A stretch of DNA of 64,000 bases from Candidatus Scalinduaceae bacterium (GCA_046759445.1 JBHICG010000003.1:1-64000), one strand, 5' to 3'; counted from the first letter of the stretch, positions 18,712 through 28,552 are shown. Program-made: numbers and translations. The notes: generated from the sequence alone by a model not told the origin.

Positions 18712-18996
18712 ATGGGAAACAACTTAGGGAGCGATTTTTGCGATAAAGAGGAAATAAAGAAGATTGTAGATAAATACAAGGAATCTGAATACTCTAATGA
18801 CTTAAATGAGTTGATCAGTGTTATTACGCATAAGATACGTAATCCGTTGGCTGGCATTTCAGCTGCTGTAGAAGTCCTTAGAGATAAGGTAGAAACAAAT
18901 GATATTAATGAAAAGTTTTTTAATATGATTTTTAAGGAAATCGATCGTTTAGAAAAAGTAGTGAAGGACTTATTTGAGACATTTTCAAATAAATGA
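18712..18996 (+). CDS. Stand-alone HisKA (DHp) domain protein without ATPase domain
   Basis: ITHKIRNPLAGI...KEIDRLEKVVKDLF, then stop; AAGGA RBS. Confidence 0.75.
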   Translation: MGNNLGSDFCDKEEIKKIVDKYKESEYSNDLNELISVITHKIRNPLAGISAAVEVLRDKVETNDINEKFFNMIFKEIDRLEKVVKDLFETFSNK

Positions 18997-19020
18997 ACAT
19001 CTGAAACGGGAAATCAGTAA

Positions 19021-20172
19021 ATGAAGAGCAGAATTTTATTAGTGGATGATGAAGAAACTCTGAGATATGTTCTTAGAGAGACATTAATTAATGAAGGTTA
19101 TATGGTAGACATTGCAAAAGATGGATTCCAGGCCCTGGAACGGTTCAGACAAGAACCATATGATTTGATTATAACAGACATTAAAATGCATGGTATGGAT
19201 GGTCTTCAGTTAATACGTAAAATAAAGAAAGATAATTCTGATTTGAAAATAATCATTATCACAGCATATGGGTCTCTTGAAACCGTAAAAGAAGCAATGA
19301 GATTGGGTGTTGTAGAATTTATTAGTAAACCGTTCAAGTTACAGGAAATAAAAGACGGAATAACGAGAAGTCTTTGTGATTATAATACGTTATCAGATTT
19401 TGATAATAATCCAACTCAATTCAGAGTTAAAGACAACGAACAATTATCAATAACAGACAACCTTTTAGTGCCAACTGGATTGTCGTATTATTTTGGAGGT
19501 CCAGCGTCACAGCCAAAAAGTACAGTTTTTTTTGATTTCGTTGCTATTAATAAAAACAGAGCTGTTTTAATATTTGGGAATGTTAATAGTCAAGATGGAA
19601 AGTGTAAAGAGTGGTGGGAAAACAGGCAAATGGGGATAATGATTAAGACATTATTTAGATCAAAGATAAGAAATTCACCAAAGAAAACAATAGATGATAT
19701 TAATAATTTCTTATATAAAAATGTTTTGCCTCATATTAATGTATCGATGTTATGTGCACATGTTAACAAAAGAAAAAAAAATATTAGCTATGTAAATTGT
19801 GGAAACAATCTTGTTTGTTCCGTGTTTGCACCAAATGGGCAGGTAGAGATAATGGAATCTTTTCATAGTCTTTTAGGTAATTCTCCTAAGATTGAAACAT
19901 TTGAAAGGTTCGTGCCGTATTCAAATGAAAGCAGGTTGGTTTTATCAAGTAGTGATACAGTCTCAAATATTAAGGAAAAAGGAGGACTCATAAAACAGGC
20001 AGTTGAAGGTGTTGTACAATCTGTCAAGAGTTCGCAAAAGAGACAATCTAAGGAGATTGATTTATGTTCCTCGTTTGCGAGTAACAACAGGGATATAAAT
20101 TTTGATGAAGAGACTGTGTTATTGATGAGCCTTGACTGGGATTGTGTGCAAATGCAAGATTCACTTAATTAG
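19021..20172 (+). CDS. Receiver plus degenerate SpoIIE/PP2C-like domain
   Basis: Intact REC; FFDF...IFGNV, YVNCGN, LSSSD, DEETVLL remnants of PP2C motifs. Confidence 0.75.
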   Translation: MKSRILLVDDEETLRYVLRETLINEGYMVDIAKDGFQALERFRQEPYDLIITDIKMHGMDGLQLIRKIKKDNSDLKIIIITAYGSLETVKEAMRLGVVEFISKPFKLQEIKDGITRSLCDYNTLSDFDNNPTQFRVKDNEQLSITDNLLVPTGLSYYFGGPASQPKSTVFFDFVAINKNRAVLIFGNVNSQDGKCKEWWENRQMGIMIKTLFRSKIRNSPKKTIDDINNFLYKNVLPHINVSMLCAHVNKRKKNISYVNCGNNLVCSVFAPNGQVEIMESFHSLLGNSPKIETFERFVPYSNESRLVLSSSDTVSNIKEKGGLIKQAVEGVVQSVKSSQKRQSKEIDLCSSFASNNRDINFDEETVLLMSLDWDCVQMQDSLN

Positions 20173-20195
20173 TTTCTGTTGCGGAAATTTAAGAA

Positions 20196-20918
20196 ATGAA
20201 TAAATCTATATTAAAGAGGTTAAATTCGTTTATAATAAATGCTGGTGGGTATAAAGGTTTTTTATTCATAAATATTGCCATTCTATTATTGGTATTAGCG
20301 CTTGTGTTCTTACAACAGAATTGGATTAAAGAAGAGCGACGCGCTATTGAATCCGTAATAGATAGAAAAAGTGTACTTAAAAGGACGACGGGAACTAATT
20401 CTTTAAAAGAGTCTGAAAAACAATTGGTAGAAAATTCTTCAACAAAAAATCATATTGATGTTTCTGCAAATATTTTACTTTCGGAAAAAGAAACATCCCT
20501 AAATATAGAGAAAATGATAAAGGAAGCGGATATGTATTTCGAATATGAGCAATACGAAAAGGCATTAAGGATATATGAGCTTTTAACCGACAAAAACTAT
20601 TTTCTTGATGAAGAAGATAAAGTATATAGTCGTATTGCAGAATGTTATTATAATTTAGATGACTTTAAGAAGTCTTTAGAAGCATATAGGAAAGTATATA
20701 AAGATTTTTTAGATAGCCATTATAGGTTAAGTGCTCAACTGGGGATGGGAAAGTGTCTAATCTTAATAGGTAATTATGATGAATCGCGTAGAGTTTTATA
20801 CTCGATAGCGGGTCAGGAAGCGAAATATAAACAAACCGCAGACGAGATTAATGTTATAGAAGCATATTATAAAATAGCCGATAGCTACATTGAGCATGCA
20901 AAGGCGCATTTAAAATAA
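20196..20918 (+). CDS. Membrane-anchored TPR protein
   Basis: Single N-terminal TM; TPR helices (IAECYY, GMGKCL, KIADSY). Confidence 0.8.
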   Translation: MNKSILKRLNSFIINAGGYKGFLFINIAILLLVLALVFLQQNWIKEERRAIESVIDRKSVLKRTTGTNSLKESEKQLVENSSTKNHIDVSANILLSEKETSLNIEKMIKEADMYFEYEQYEKALRIYELLTDKNYFLDEEDKVYSRIAECYYNLDDFKKSLEAYRKVYKDFLDSHYRLSAQLGMGKCLILIGNYDESRRVLYSIAGQEAKYKQTADEINVIEAYYKIADSYIEHAKAHLK

Positions 20919-20919
20919 G

Positions 20920-21007
20920 GGGGGTCAGGTCTTGAATATTGACAAAAACAAAAAGCGACATATAGCCATAACTATGGCATTTTGTCAATATTCAAGACCT
21001 GACCCCC
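20920..21007. mobile_element. 88-bp MITE/REP-like element with perfect 28-bp terminal inverted repeats
   Basis: GGGGGTCAGGTCTTGAATATTGACAAAA at 20920-20947 and its exact revcomp at 20980-21007. Confidence 0.85.
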
Positions 21008-22704
21008 TGCGGCATGTTTTATGGGTGTTTGTACTCTTATTCAACATGGTTACACTTGCCGATGCAGGTATTCAAAATGAGAAGGACTTGGGGTTGTCGG
21101 TATTCTCATTTAATAATTATGCAGAAAAGTTAGAGTATGAAAAAAAAATATTAGAAGGGTTAAGAAAATTGCTGGAATTAGAAGAACATGAGATTAAGCC
21201 TGATGAGATTGTAGCTTCAGAATTAGTAACTGAGAGTGAAAATTTATCCATAAACAAGGAAACAGGCAATTATGGCACAAAATTATATACCATCAAGGCT
21301 GATTTGGCGCCTATAAAAGAGGTATTATTTGCTTTGGCTTCCACAAGTGGAAAAAGGCTCATTATAGATGAGGATATTACTAAAAAGGAAATATCTTCAA
21401 TGGAATCAATCTTTTTAGAACATGCTCCATTAGTAGACATAATAGATATTATCCTTCTTGCTAAAGGGTTTGAATCAATTATAAGCGATGACATAATTTT
21501 TATAACAATACCTGCCAAATTAAATACAGGTTCTCTTTACGATTATTATCAAGAAAAGGCCATACAAGCTTACCAGAGGGCAATGATAAAATATCCAAAC
21601 TATGAAGGAATCGCAAGGGCTTATTATGAACTAGGAAATTTTTACTTTACATCTGGATTTCCTACAATTGCGTTGCAAGAATACAGGGTTGCGGCAGAGA
21701 AATATCCAGCTCATCCGGTGGCAAATTCATCCATGTTTCAAATTGGTAAGTGTTATGAAATGTTGGGAGATATAGAAAATGTGAGACAGAGTTATTTGAA
21801 TTTTGCGGAGAAATATCCTATAGATTCAAAGGTTGATGATGCATACCTAGTTGTAGGTGATTTATGGAGAAAACAAAAGGCATACAAAGAAGCCGTTGAA
21901 GTCTATGGGTATATAATTGAGGAGTATCCGGAAGAAAAGACTGCCAGGCTAGCTCAAATGAGATTGGGATATGTTTACGTTGAGTCAAATGATTATGCTT
22001 CTGCATTAAAGACATTTATGGATATGAAGAATAAATCCTTACAGGATGAATTACGGTTTGAATTAGAATATCAGATAGGTAATTGTTATTACTTAATGGG
22101 GAAATATACTGAAGCAATCAAGTTGTTAGGTGAATTCGTCTTATATGAACGCGAAAATGATCTACTGGATGATGCTTATTATAAACTGGCTGATTGTTTC
22201 TTTAAACAGGAGGATTATATAACGGCATACCAACTGTACAAAGATGTGTTAACAAAGGTACCTGATAGCAAGCTGTCTCCATACGGTGTTCTTTTTAGTG
22301 GGAAATCCTTACGGATGATAAATATGAACGAATCCGCTGTAAAAACTCTCAGAGAAGGTTTAGGTAATTTTCCTGATAGTGCTTATACAGAAAACATGAA
22401 ATTTGAGATTGGCTTATGTTATTTTGATGATGAAAATTTTGACAGAGCTTTTGAGATATTTGAAGAAGTTTCTGCACAAAAGAATAATAGTGAAGATATG
22501 TCTGTTCAAGCCAATATATATGCGGGACTTTGTTTAAGCCGAGAGGGGCAATATAAGAAGGCAATAGAATTTTATCAGAAGGCGCTTAACGAAAACGTAG
22601 CTATACAAGAGAAAAATAGGATTTATAAATTAATAGGTGATTGTTATACTGAACTTGGTGCACTGGCCGAGGCCGTAAAAGCATATCAAGGAGAAATTTT
22701 GTAG
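20932..22704 (+). CDS. Exported multi-TPR protein with an STN/secretin-N-like domain
   Basis: Signal peptide RHVLWVFVLLFNMVTLADA; IKEVLFALASTSGKRLII segment; about 10 TPRs; first 25 codons derive from the inserted element. Confidence 0.8.
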   Translation: MNIDKNKKRHIAITMAFCQYSRPDPLRHVLWVFVLLFNMVTLADAGIQNEKDLGLSVFSFNNYAEKLEYEKKILEGLRKLLELEEHEIKPDEIVASELVTESENLSINKETGNYGTKLYTIKADLAPIKEVLFALASTSGKRLIIDEDITKKEISSMESIFLEHAPLVDIIDIILLAKGFESIISDDIIFITIPAKLNTGSLYDYYQEKAIQAYQRAMIKYPNYEGIARAYYELGNFYFTSGFPTIALQEYRVAAEKYPAHPVANSSMFQIGKCYEMLGDIENVRQSYLNFAEKYPIDSKVDDAYLVVGDLWRKQKAYKEAVEVYGYIIEEYPEEKTARLAQMRLGYVYVESNDYASALKTFMDMKNKSLQDELRFELEYQIGNCYYLMGKYTEAIKLLGEFVLYERENDLLDDAYYKLADCFFKQEDYITAYQLYKDVLTKVPDSKLSPYGVLFSGKSLRMINMNESAVKTLREGLGNFPDSAYTENMKFEIGLCYFDDENFDRAFEIFEEVSAQKNNSEDMSVQANIYAGLCLSREGQYKKAIEFYQKALNENVAIQEKNRIYKLIGDCYTELGALAEAVKAYQGEIL

Positions 22705-23098
22705 TGAAACGGTTCTGTGTGCAAAAGAATGATATAATAAGTTCTGGATGTTTAAAAATTACACGAAACGTATAAAAAATATATAAGATGAACCAGAAAA
22801 TCCGCTCTCTTACCACATTCTTCCCCCAATTTACCACTATATTTCTTATCAATAAATAAAATCATTTTGCTTAATAAGCTATAGCATTTTGTTCTACAGT
22901 TACTGCTTTATTGCTTAGTAATTACGAATACATAGTGAATGGTTTAAATAAGTTGTCTCGTTTTGTTATATGTTGATTTATTTTCGGTAGTTACGAACTG
23001 CACTTCTAACATTGTCTTTCTAGACTTTATACACTCCAGGTAAAATAAAGACGTTTGTATAATTATATAATTTTAAGTCTTTAACTCTTAAGGAATCA

Positions 23099-23114
23099 TG
23101 GCATTTCATTTGCT
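23099..23114 (+). promoter_or_regulatory. sigma54 promoter
   Basis: TGGCATTTCATTTGCT. Confidence 0.75.
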
Positions 23115-23194
23115 AATTTCTAAAACAGTTTTGTTAAGTAGATTTGTAGTTTCTATGAGAGATATCTTGTGTTCTATCTGGGGCGTAATTTGAA

Positions 23195-23935
23195 ATGAAC
23201 ATTAACAGACAAATATTAAATCTTATCGCTTTTAATCTGTTTTGTTTTTTTACCTTGCAAGTGGTTTTGGGGGAAGACTTGAATAATGGAAACAAGGACA
23301 TAAAGACAAATGAAATTAAACCTGATGCTGAAAGCGAAAAAACACAAAAAACGACAGGCGTAAATAATGACGAAAAATTAGAGTTAAAAAAGATGAGTGA
23401 AGGATTAGAAAAAGAGAGGAAAGAATTAGAGAAACTAAAGACTGAATTCCAGAGGGTATCTCAGTCAAACAAAAAAATTGAAGAGGATAAAATGGAGAAT
23501 AATATTACCTCCTCAAACACTGATGGAAAAATAACAGAAAACAAAGAAACCATATCAAATGTACAAAATAGCGTAGAGCCTTCAGTGGACAAAAGCGAAA
23601 AAGTAGAGGTTGATATTAAGAAGGATGAAGAAATCATAAACCCGCTTGAGATTGCTGAGAGTCTATACAAACTTGGTGAATACAAAACATCCCTGGATAT
23701 TTATGAGTTGGCAAATAAGAATGATCTGGATGATGAAAGAAAATTGTGGATATCATATCAGATTGCGAATTGCTGTAGGAAACTAAAATTATTTGATAAA
23801 GCCCTGAAGGTTTACAAAAAAATCCAGGATGAGCATGAAGGTACTTACTGGGCAAAACAGGCTAAGTGGTATATTAATGATATTGAATGGCAAACAGAAG
23901 TGCAAGACGAATTAAAAACGGTTGTTGGAAAATGA
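23195..23935 (+). CDS. Exported protein, charged linker plus TPR
   Basis: Signal peptide, E/K-rich region, IAESLYKLGEY / YQIANCCRK TPRs. Confidence 0.75.
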   Translation: MNINRQILNLIAFNLFCFFTLQVVLGEDLNNGNKDIKTNEIKPDAESEKTQKTTGVNNDEKLELKKMSEGLEKERKELEKLKTEFQRVSQSNKKIEEDKMENNITSSNTDGKITENKETISNVQNSVEPSVDKSEKVEVDIKKDEEIINPLEIAESLYKLGEYKTSLDIYELANKNDLDDERKLWISYQIANCCRKLKLFDKALKVYKKIQDEHEGTYWAKQAKWYINDIEWQTEVQDELKTVVGK

Positions 23936-25281
23936 ATAACATAATCTCTAATAAAGGAATTAGACAAGTCCGTAAGTTTAAAGAGCTGTCACATATATTT
24001 GATAGTTTTAATGATAATGCTCAAAAACTTGAAGCCTCTTATAGACAGCTTCAAGGCAGGGTAAGAGAAATTGATCGGGAAATGGCTTATACGAATGAAT
24101 GTCTTAACAAGAAGGTACAGGAGTTAAATGATTTAACTAGTTACTTAAACAGCATACTCGAGAGTATGCACAGTGGTGTAGTTGCCATCGACATAAGTGG
24201 TAAGATTACGACGTTTAATGAGGCTGCCGAAAAAATCTTAAAAGTTAATGCTAAAGGCGTAATAGGAAAAGATATTAGAAATGCGCTAAATCATATAAGT
24301 GGTTTTACTGATTTATTAGTAGAACTATTGTCAAAAAGGAAGAACATCGTTAATCTTGAGAGAATAATAGGAACAAAAAATGGCAGTACAAAGTATATAG
24401 AGAGCAGTATATCTATTCTTAAAGATGGGAGAGGGAAAATTACGGGAATTGTTGAAATTTTCCAGGACTTGTCAGAAATTTATGAATTAAAAGGACGCCT
24501 GCATAGTGCAAATAATCTTGTTTCGGTGGGTACTATGGCCGCAAGTATCGCTCACGAGATAAGAAACCCGTTAAATGGTATCGAAGGTTTTGCCAGCCTT
24601 CTCGAACGGGAAATTACCAGCTCGAACGGCTTGACCGGGATGGCGACATTCAAGCGGGGAGGAGACAGCCTTAAACTTGTTAAGAACATCATCCAGGGGG
24701 CAAAAAACATAAATAAAATAGTAACAGATTTACTGCTTCTTGCCCGTCCGATTAAACTAAATCTAAGAAAATATAAACTTACAGAAATTATTGATAGATC
24801 TCTTATCTTCATTTCTCAAGAGTTAAGTCAAAAAAACAGCAAAAGCATTCTAGTCAATAAAAATTATTCTTGCCAGAATGATATTATTTTGTGCGACCCG
24901 GAACGTTTACAACAGGCATTCTTAAATATTATGCTTAATGCTGTCCAATCAATGAATGAAGGTGGAGAAATTACGGTATTTACTCAAGAGTTAACCCTAG
25001 ATGGTGGACAGGGTATACAAGTTGGTTTCACCGATACAGGTGACGGCATTAGTAATTATGCTATTAAAAAGGTGTTTGAACCATTTTTTACCACAAAAGA
25101 TGATGGTACGGGTTTGGGCTTAGTGATTGTTCGCAAAATCATAGAACTTCATGATGGGCAAGTAACTATTAGTAGTAAACATAAACAAGGGACAACCTTT
25201 TTGGTAGATTTACCACAAGATCAACATGTGAAATTGAAACCGTTAAAGGACACAAACTTTTTGAGTAATGTCGTGGCTTGA
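23932..25281 (+). CDS. PAS sensor histidine kinase (FleS/FlrB/FlgS-like)
   Basis: Coiled coil, PAS, AHEIRNPL, NAVQS, DTGDG, FFTTK-GTGLGL; ATGA overlap with the upstream gene. Confidence 0.92.
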   Translation: MNNIISNKGIRQVRKFKELSHIFDSFNDNAQKLEASYRQLQGRVREIDREMAYTNECLNKKVQELNDLTSYLNSILESMHSGVVAIDISGKITTFNEAAEKILKVNAKGVIGKDIRNALNHISGFTDLLVELLSKRKNIVNLERIIGTKNGSTKYIESSISILKDGRGKITGIVEIFQDLSEIYELKGRLHSANNLVSVGTMAASIAHEIRNPLNGIEGFASLLEREITSSNGLTGMATFKRGGDSLKLVKNIIQGAKNINKIVTDLLLLARPIKLNLRKYKLTEIIDRSLIFISQELSQKNSKSILVNKNYSCQNDIILCDPERLQQAFLNIMLNAVQSMNEGGEITVFTQELTLDGGQGIQVGFTDTGDGISNYAIKKVFEPFFTTKDDGTGLGLVIVRKIIELHDGQVTISSKHKQGTTFLVDLPQDQHVKLKPLKDTNFLSNVVA

Positions 25282-25391
25282 GAAAAGGATTTTACGGAAA
25301 ACAATTTGTAGATATACATAGGTTATACTATTGCACTTATTAAGACTGAGGATTATTTCAAATTGACTTGAAATGAAGAAATTTTATATTT

Positions 25392-26831
25392 TTGGAGGAA
25401 AAGAAATTGAGTATAGAGAAAATATTAGTGGTTGATGATGATGCCCTCAGCAGAGATTACTTAAGTGAGGCATTATTGAGAAATGGCTATGTGGTAGAAA
25501 ATGCAAGTGACGGACATGAAGCTATTAAGATGGTTGAAAATAATAATTATGATATGGCATTCCTTGATATGAAGATGCCAAGGTTGAGTGGGTTGGAGGT
25601 CTTAGAAAGAGTAAAAAAAATCTCAAAGGAAACTATAGTCGTAATTATGACGGCTTACGGTAGTATTGAATCTGCAGTTGATGCAATGAAGAAGGGGGCT
25701 TACAACTATGTCATAAAACCATTTTCACTTGATCAGATTGAGGTACTTCTAAAGAGAGTACAGGAACGTCAGTCATTAATAGATGAAAATAAATACTGGA
25801 GGTCGAGGTCAGATGGTAAGGGGGATTATGAACTTATAATGAATAAGCATTCTAAGATGTATGGAGTCTTTGAGAATGTGGAAAGAATTGCACGGAGTAA
25901 GGCAAGTGTACTTATACAAGGTGAAAGTGGTACAGGGAAGGAGCTTATTGCACATTCGATTTATTCGCATAGCCAGAGGAATTCTAAACCGTTTATTAAG
26001 GTTAATTGTGCCGCACTCTCTGAAAATTTACTGGAAAGCGAATTATTTGGACATGAAAAGGGGGCATTTACGGGCGCAGATGCAAGGAGAATAGGACGTT
26101 TTGAGTTGGCAAATGGTGGAACTTTATTACTGGATGAAATTAGTGAAATATCACAGAAGATTCAAGCAAAATTGTTAAGAGTTTTAGAACAGGAGGAATT
26201 TGAAAGGGTTGGTGGTTCCAAGACGCTTAGAGTCGATGTTAGGATTATTGCTACTACAAATAGAAATATACCTCTGGAGATTGAGCAAGAAAGGTTTCGA
26301 CAAGACCTTTACTTTAGACTTAACGTAATCCCCGTAATATTGCCTCCTTTAAGAGAAAGGAAAGAAGACGTGCCTACTTTAGTTGAATATTTTCTAGATA
26401 AATATAAACATGGAATAGACACACCTGTTCAAAAAGTGAGTAAAGAGGCAATCAGGATATTGTCTCAGTATGACTGGCCTGGCAATGTCAGGGAATTGAA
26501 AAATCTAATTCATAGATGTATTGTAATGATTGATTCAGATGTATTATTGCCTGAACATTTTGAAAATATGCTAAACGTCAATGTTGTTAAGAAAAAGAAT
26601 GAATTATCAGTAGGGCAAACTATAGAAGACATAGAAAAAGTTCTTATTTGCAAAACGCTTGAGAATACAGGCGGTAACAAGACTAAAGCCGCAGAAATAC
26701 TGAAAATTACACCCCGTACATTGAGAAATAAACTAAACAAATATAAAAATTCACAATCTGATTTTCATTTAAATATTAATACAGAAATCTATAGTGAAAG
26801 TGAGGTTGTTGAGGAAAGTATTTCCTATTAA
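25392..26831 (+). CDS. sigma54-dependent flagellar activator (FleR/FlrC/FlgR-like)
   Basis: REC, GESGTGKE, GAFTGA, LDEISE, HTH; lies between the kinase and flgB. Confidence 0.93.
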   Translation: MEEKKLSIEKILVVDDDALSRDYLSEALLRNGYVVENASDGHEAIKMVENNNYDMAFLDMKMPRLSGLEVLERVKKISKETIVVIMTAYGSIESAVDAMKKGAYNYVIKPFSLDQIEVLLKRVQERQSLIDENKYWRSRSDGKGDYELIMNKHSKMYGVFENVERIARSKASVLIQGESGTGKELIAHSIYSHSQRNSKPFIKVNCAALSENLLESELFGHEKGAFTGADARRIGRFELANGGTLLLDEISEISQKIQAKLLRVLEQEEFERVGGSKTLRVDVRIIATTNRNIPLEIEQERFRQDLYFRLNVIPVILPPLRERKEDVPTLVEYFLDKYKHGIDTPVQKVSKEAIRILSQYDWPGNVRELKNLIHRCIVMIDSDVLLPEHFENMLNVNVVKKKNELSVGQTIEDIEKVLICKTLENTGGNKTKAAEILKITPRTLRNKLNKYKNSQSDFHLNINTEIYSESEVVEESISY

Positions 26832-26845
26832 GGGAAAAATTTTCC
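26813..26845. promoter_or_regulatory. Paired palindromic enhancer boxes upstream of flgB
   Basis: GGAAAGTATTTCC and GGAAAAATTTTCC, 20-bp period, 120-155 bp upstream of the sigma54 site. Confidence 0.6.
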
Positions 26846-26965
26846 ATTGTATAGAATGCATAACTGTCATATTTCCAATTTAGTTTATTTTCAGAAAAGC
26901 ACAATTATTACCTGAGTATAAAGGATAATGAAGTTGTTTTATGAATGATTATTCAAGTTTTAAAG

Positions 26966-26981
26966 TGGTATGGGTTTTGCT
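26966..26981 (+). promoter_or_regulatory. sigma54 promoter of flgBC-fliE
   Basis: TGGTATGGGTTTTGCT. Confidence 0.75.
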
Positions 26982-27039
26982 CTTTTCTGTTTATAAAGAC
27001 TACAAAATTATAACAGTCTAATATACACCCTTCTTTCAT

Positions 27040-27381
27040 ATGGACATTTTTGATAAAAACACAGAGCTATTATCCAAGATATTAGATTTGACTTCTGTAA
27101 GAAACAAGGTGATTGCGAATAATATTGCGAATGCAAATACTCCTGATTATAAAAAATTAGAGGTTAAGTTTCAGAAAGAACTAGAAAAAGCTATAGAAAA
27201 CCGTAATAGTCTGGAAAAGATTAAGGACATAAAAGCAAAGATAATATTCTCCAAAAATAAAGAAAATGATATAGACAAGGAACTGGTAGAATTTTTCAAA
27301 AGTTCAGACAGGTATAACATGACTCTGGAAATAATAACAAAAAAATATAAATCCTTAATATCTGCAATAGATGGTAGATAG
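27040..27381 (+). CDS. flgB: Basal-body rod protein FlgB
   Basis: IANNIANANTPDYK. Confidence 0.93.
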   Translation: MDIFDKNTELLSKILDLTSVRNKVIANNIANANTPDYKKLEVKFQKELEKAIENRNSLEKIKDIKAKIIFSKNKENDIDKELVEFFKSSDRYNMTLEIITKKYKSLISAIDGR

Positions 27382-27408
27382 GAATAACAAGGGAGGAAAT
27401 TAAGAGAT

Positions 27409-27852
27409 ATGCCTTTATTTGAGAAATCATTATCTGTATTAGATGTAAGCGCTTCCGGTCTTGCAGCAGAAAGAATGCGCATGAGCACTATTGCAAATAA
27501 CATTGCAAATGCTCAAGTTACTGAGACGCCAGGTGGTGGGCCATATAAGAGGCAGCAAGTCGAATTTGCCAGTGTGTTAAGAAGATCTTTAATTGGTAAA
27601 TCAGCAAAAAATCTTGCAATGAGTGGTGTAAAAATTAAAGGAATTAAAGAAAGTAGTGAACCTCCAAATATGGTGTACATACCGGGGCATCCCAAAGCAA
27701 ATGAAAAAGGTTTTGTAGCGATGCCGAATGTAAGTATTGCAAAAGAAATGGTAGACCTTGTTGCAGCATCCAGATCTTATGAAGCTAACACAGCAGTTAT
27801 TACTACTTTCAGAAAGATGAACGAAAGGGCGCTTAATATTATAAGGAGGTAA
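27409..27852 (+). CDS. flgC: Basal-body rod protein FlgC
   Basis: SASGLAAER, GGPYKRQ, PGHPKA, MPNV, SRSYEAN. Confidence 0.97.
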   Translation: MPLFEKSLSVLDVSASGLAAERMRMSTIANNIANAQVTETPGGGPYKRQQVEFASVLRRSLIGKSAKNLAMSGVKIKGIKESSEPPNMVYIPGHPKANEKGFVAMPNVSIAKEMVDLVAASRSYEANTAVITTFRKMNERALNIIRR

Positions 27853-27857
27853 GAGAT

Positions 27858-28154
27858 ATGGAGATTGTTCCCATAAATCCAGTTACAACTGGTAAGATTG
27901 AACAGAAATCAGAAAATGGTGAGCAAAAGACTGGTTCTAGCTTTAAAGAAACGGTAGGTAATTTTGTTACTGAGGTAAATGATCTTCAAGTTAAAGCGGG
28001 AGAAGCAATTGAGAACTTTGCCAGCGGTAAGGCAGAAAATGTTCACGAAGTAATGATAGCAATGACAAAAGCTGAGGTTAGCTTTAAGTTTATGATGGAA
28101 ACGCGCAATAAACTTATTGATGCATATAAAGAAATAATGAGGATGCAAGTGTAA
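27858..28154 (+). CDS. fliE: Hook-basal body protein FliE
   Basis: VHEVMIAM...RNKLIDAYKEIMRMQV. Confidence 0.97.
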   Translation: MEIVPINPVTTGKIEQKSENGEQKTGSSFKETVGNFVTEVNDLQVKAGEAIENFASGKAENVHEVMIAMTKAEVSFKFMMETRNKLIDAYKEIMRMQV

Positions 28155-28157
28155 GAT

Positions 28158-28178
28158 AACCCACATGTTGGGTTTTTC
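28158..28178 (+). terminator. Possible terminator after fliE
   Basis: AACCC-ACATGTT-GGGTT then TTT; short stem. Confidence 0.35.
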
Positions 28179-28552
28179 AGTTCGTAAGGAGGGCAATCCT
28201 GCAATTGCCGACTAATGTATCGGCAGCAAAATACGTCATTTAAAATATACGAATTATCTGAAGTTATATACCTCTTTTCAACACTCTATATTTTCACAAA
28301 GAATATTTCACTTCCAAGATTGAAGTTGCAATATACCGATTTTCACTCGTAGCGAAATTGCCACAATCCTTCTTAGATATCGTCTTTGATTGAGATTATG
28401 CATTTCCAATTGACATCCCAGATATACAAATCGTGTATGAAGTAAACTTACACCGTGCCTCTTAATACAAAAAAGAACAGACGGACTGATAGGGCCCTTT
28501 ATCTCCAGTTCGTTGAGAGATGTTGGACTTGTATTTGTGCATATAATTTCTT

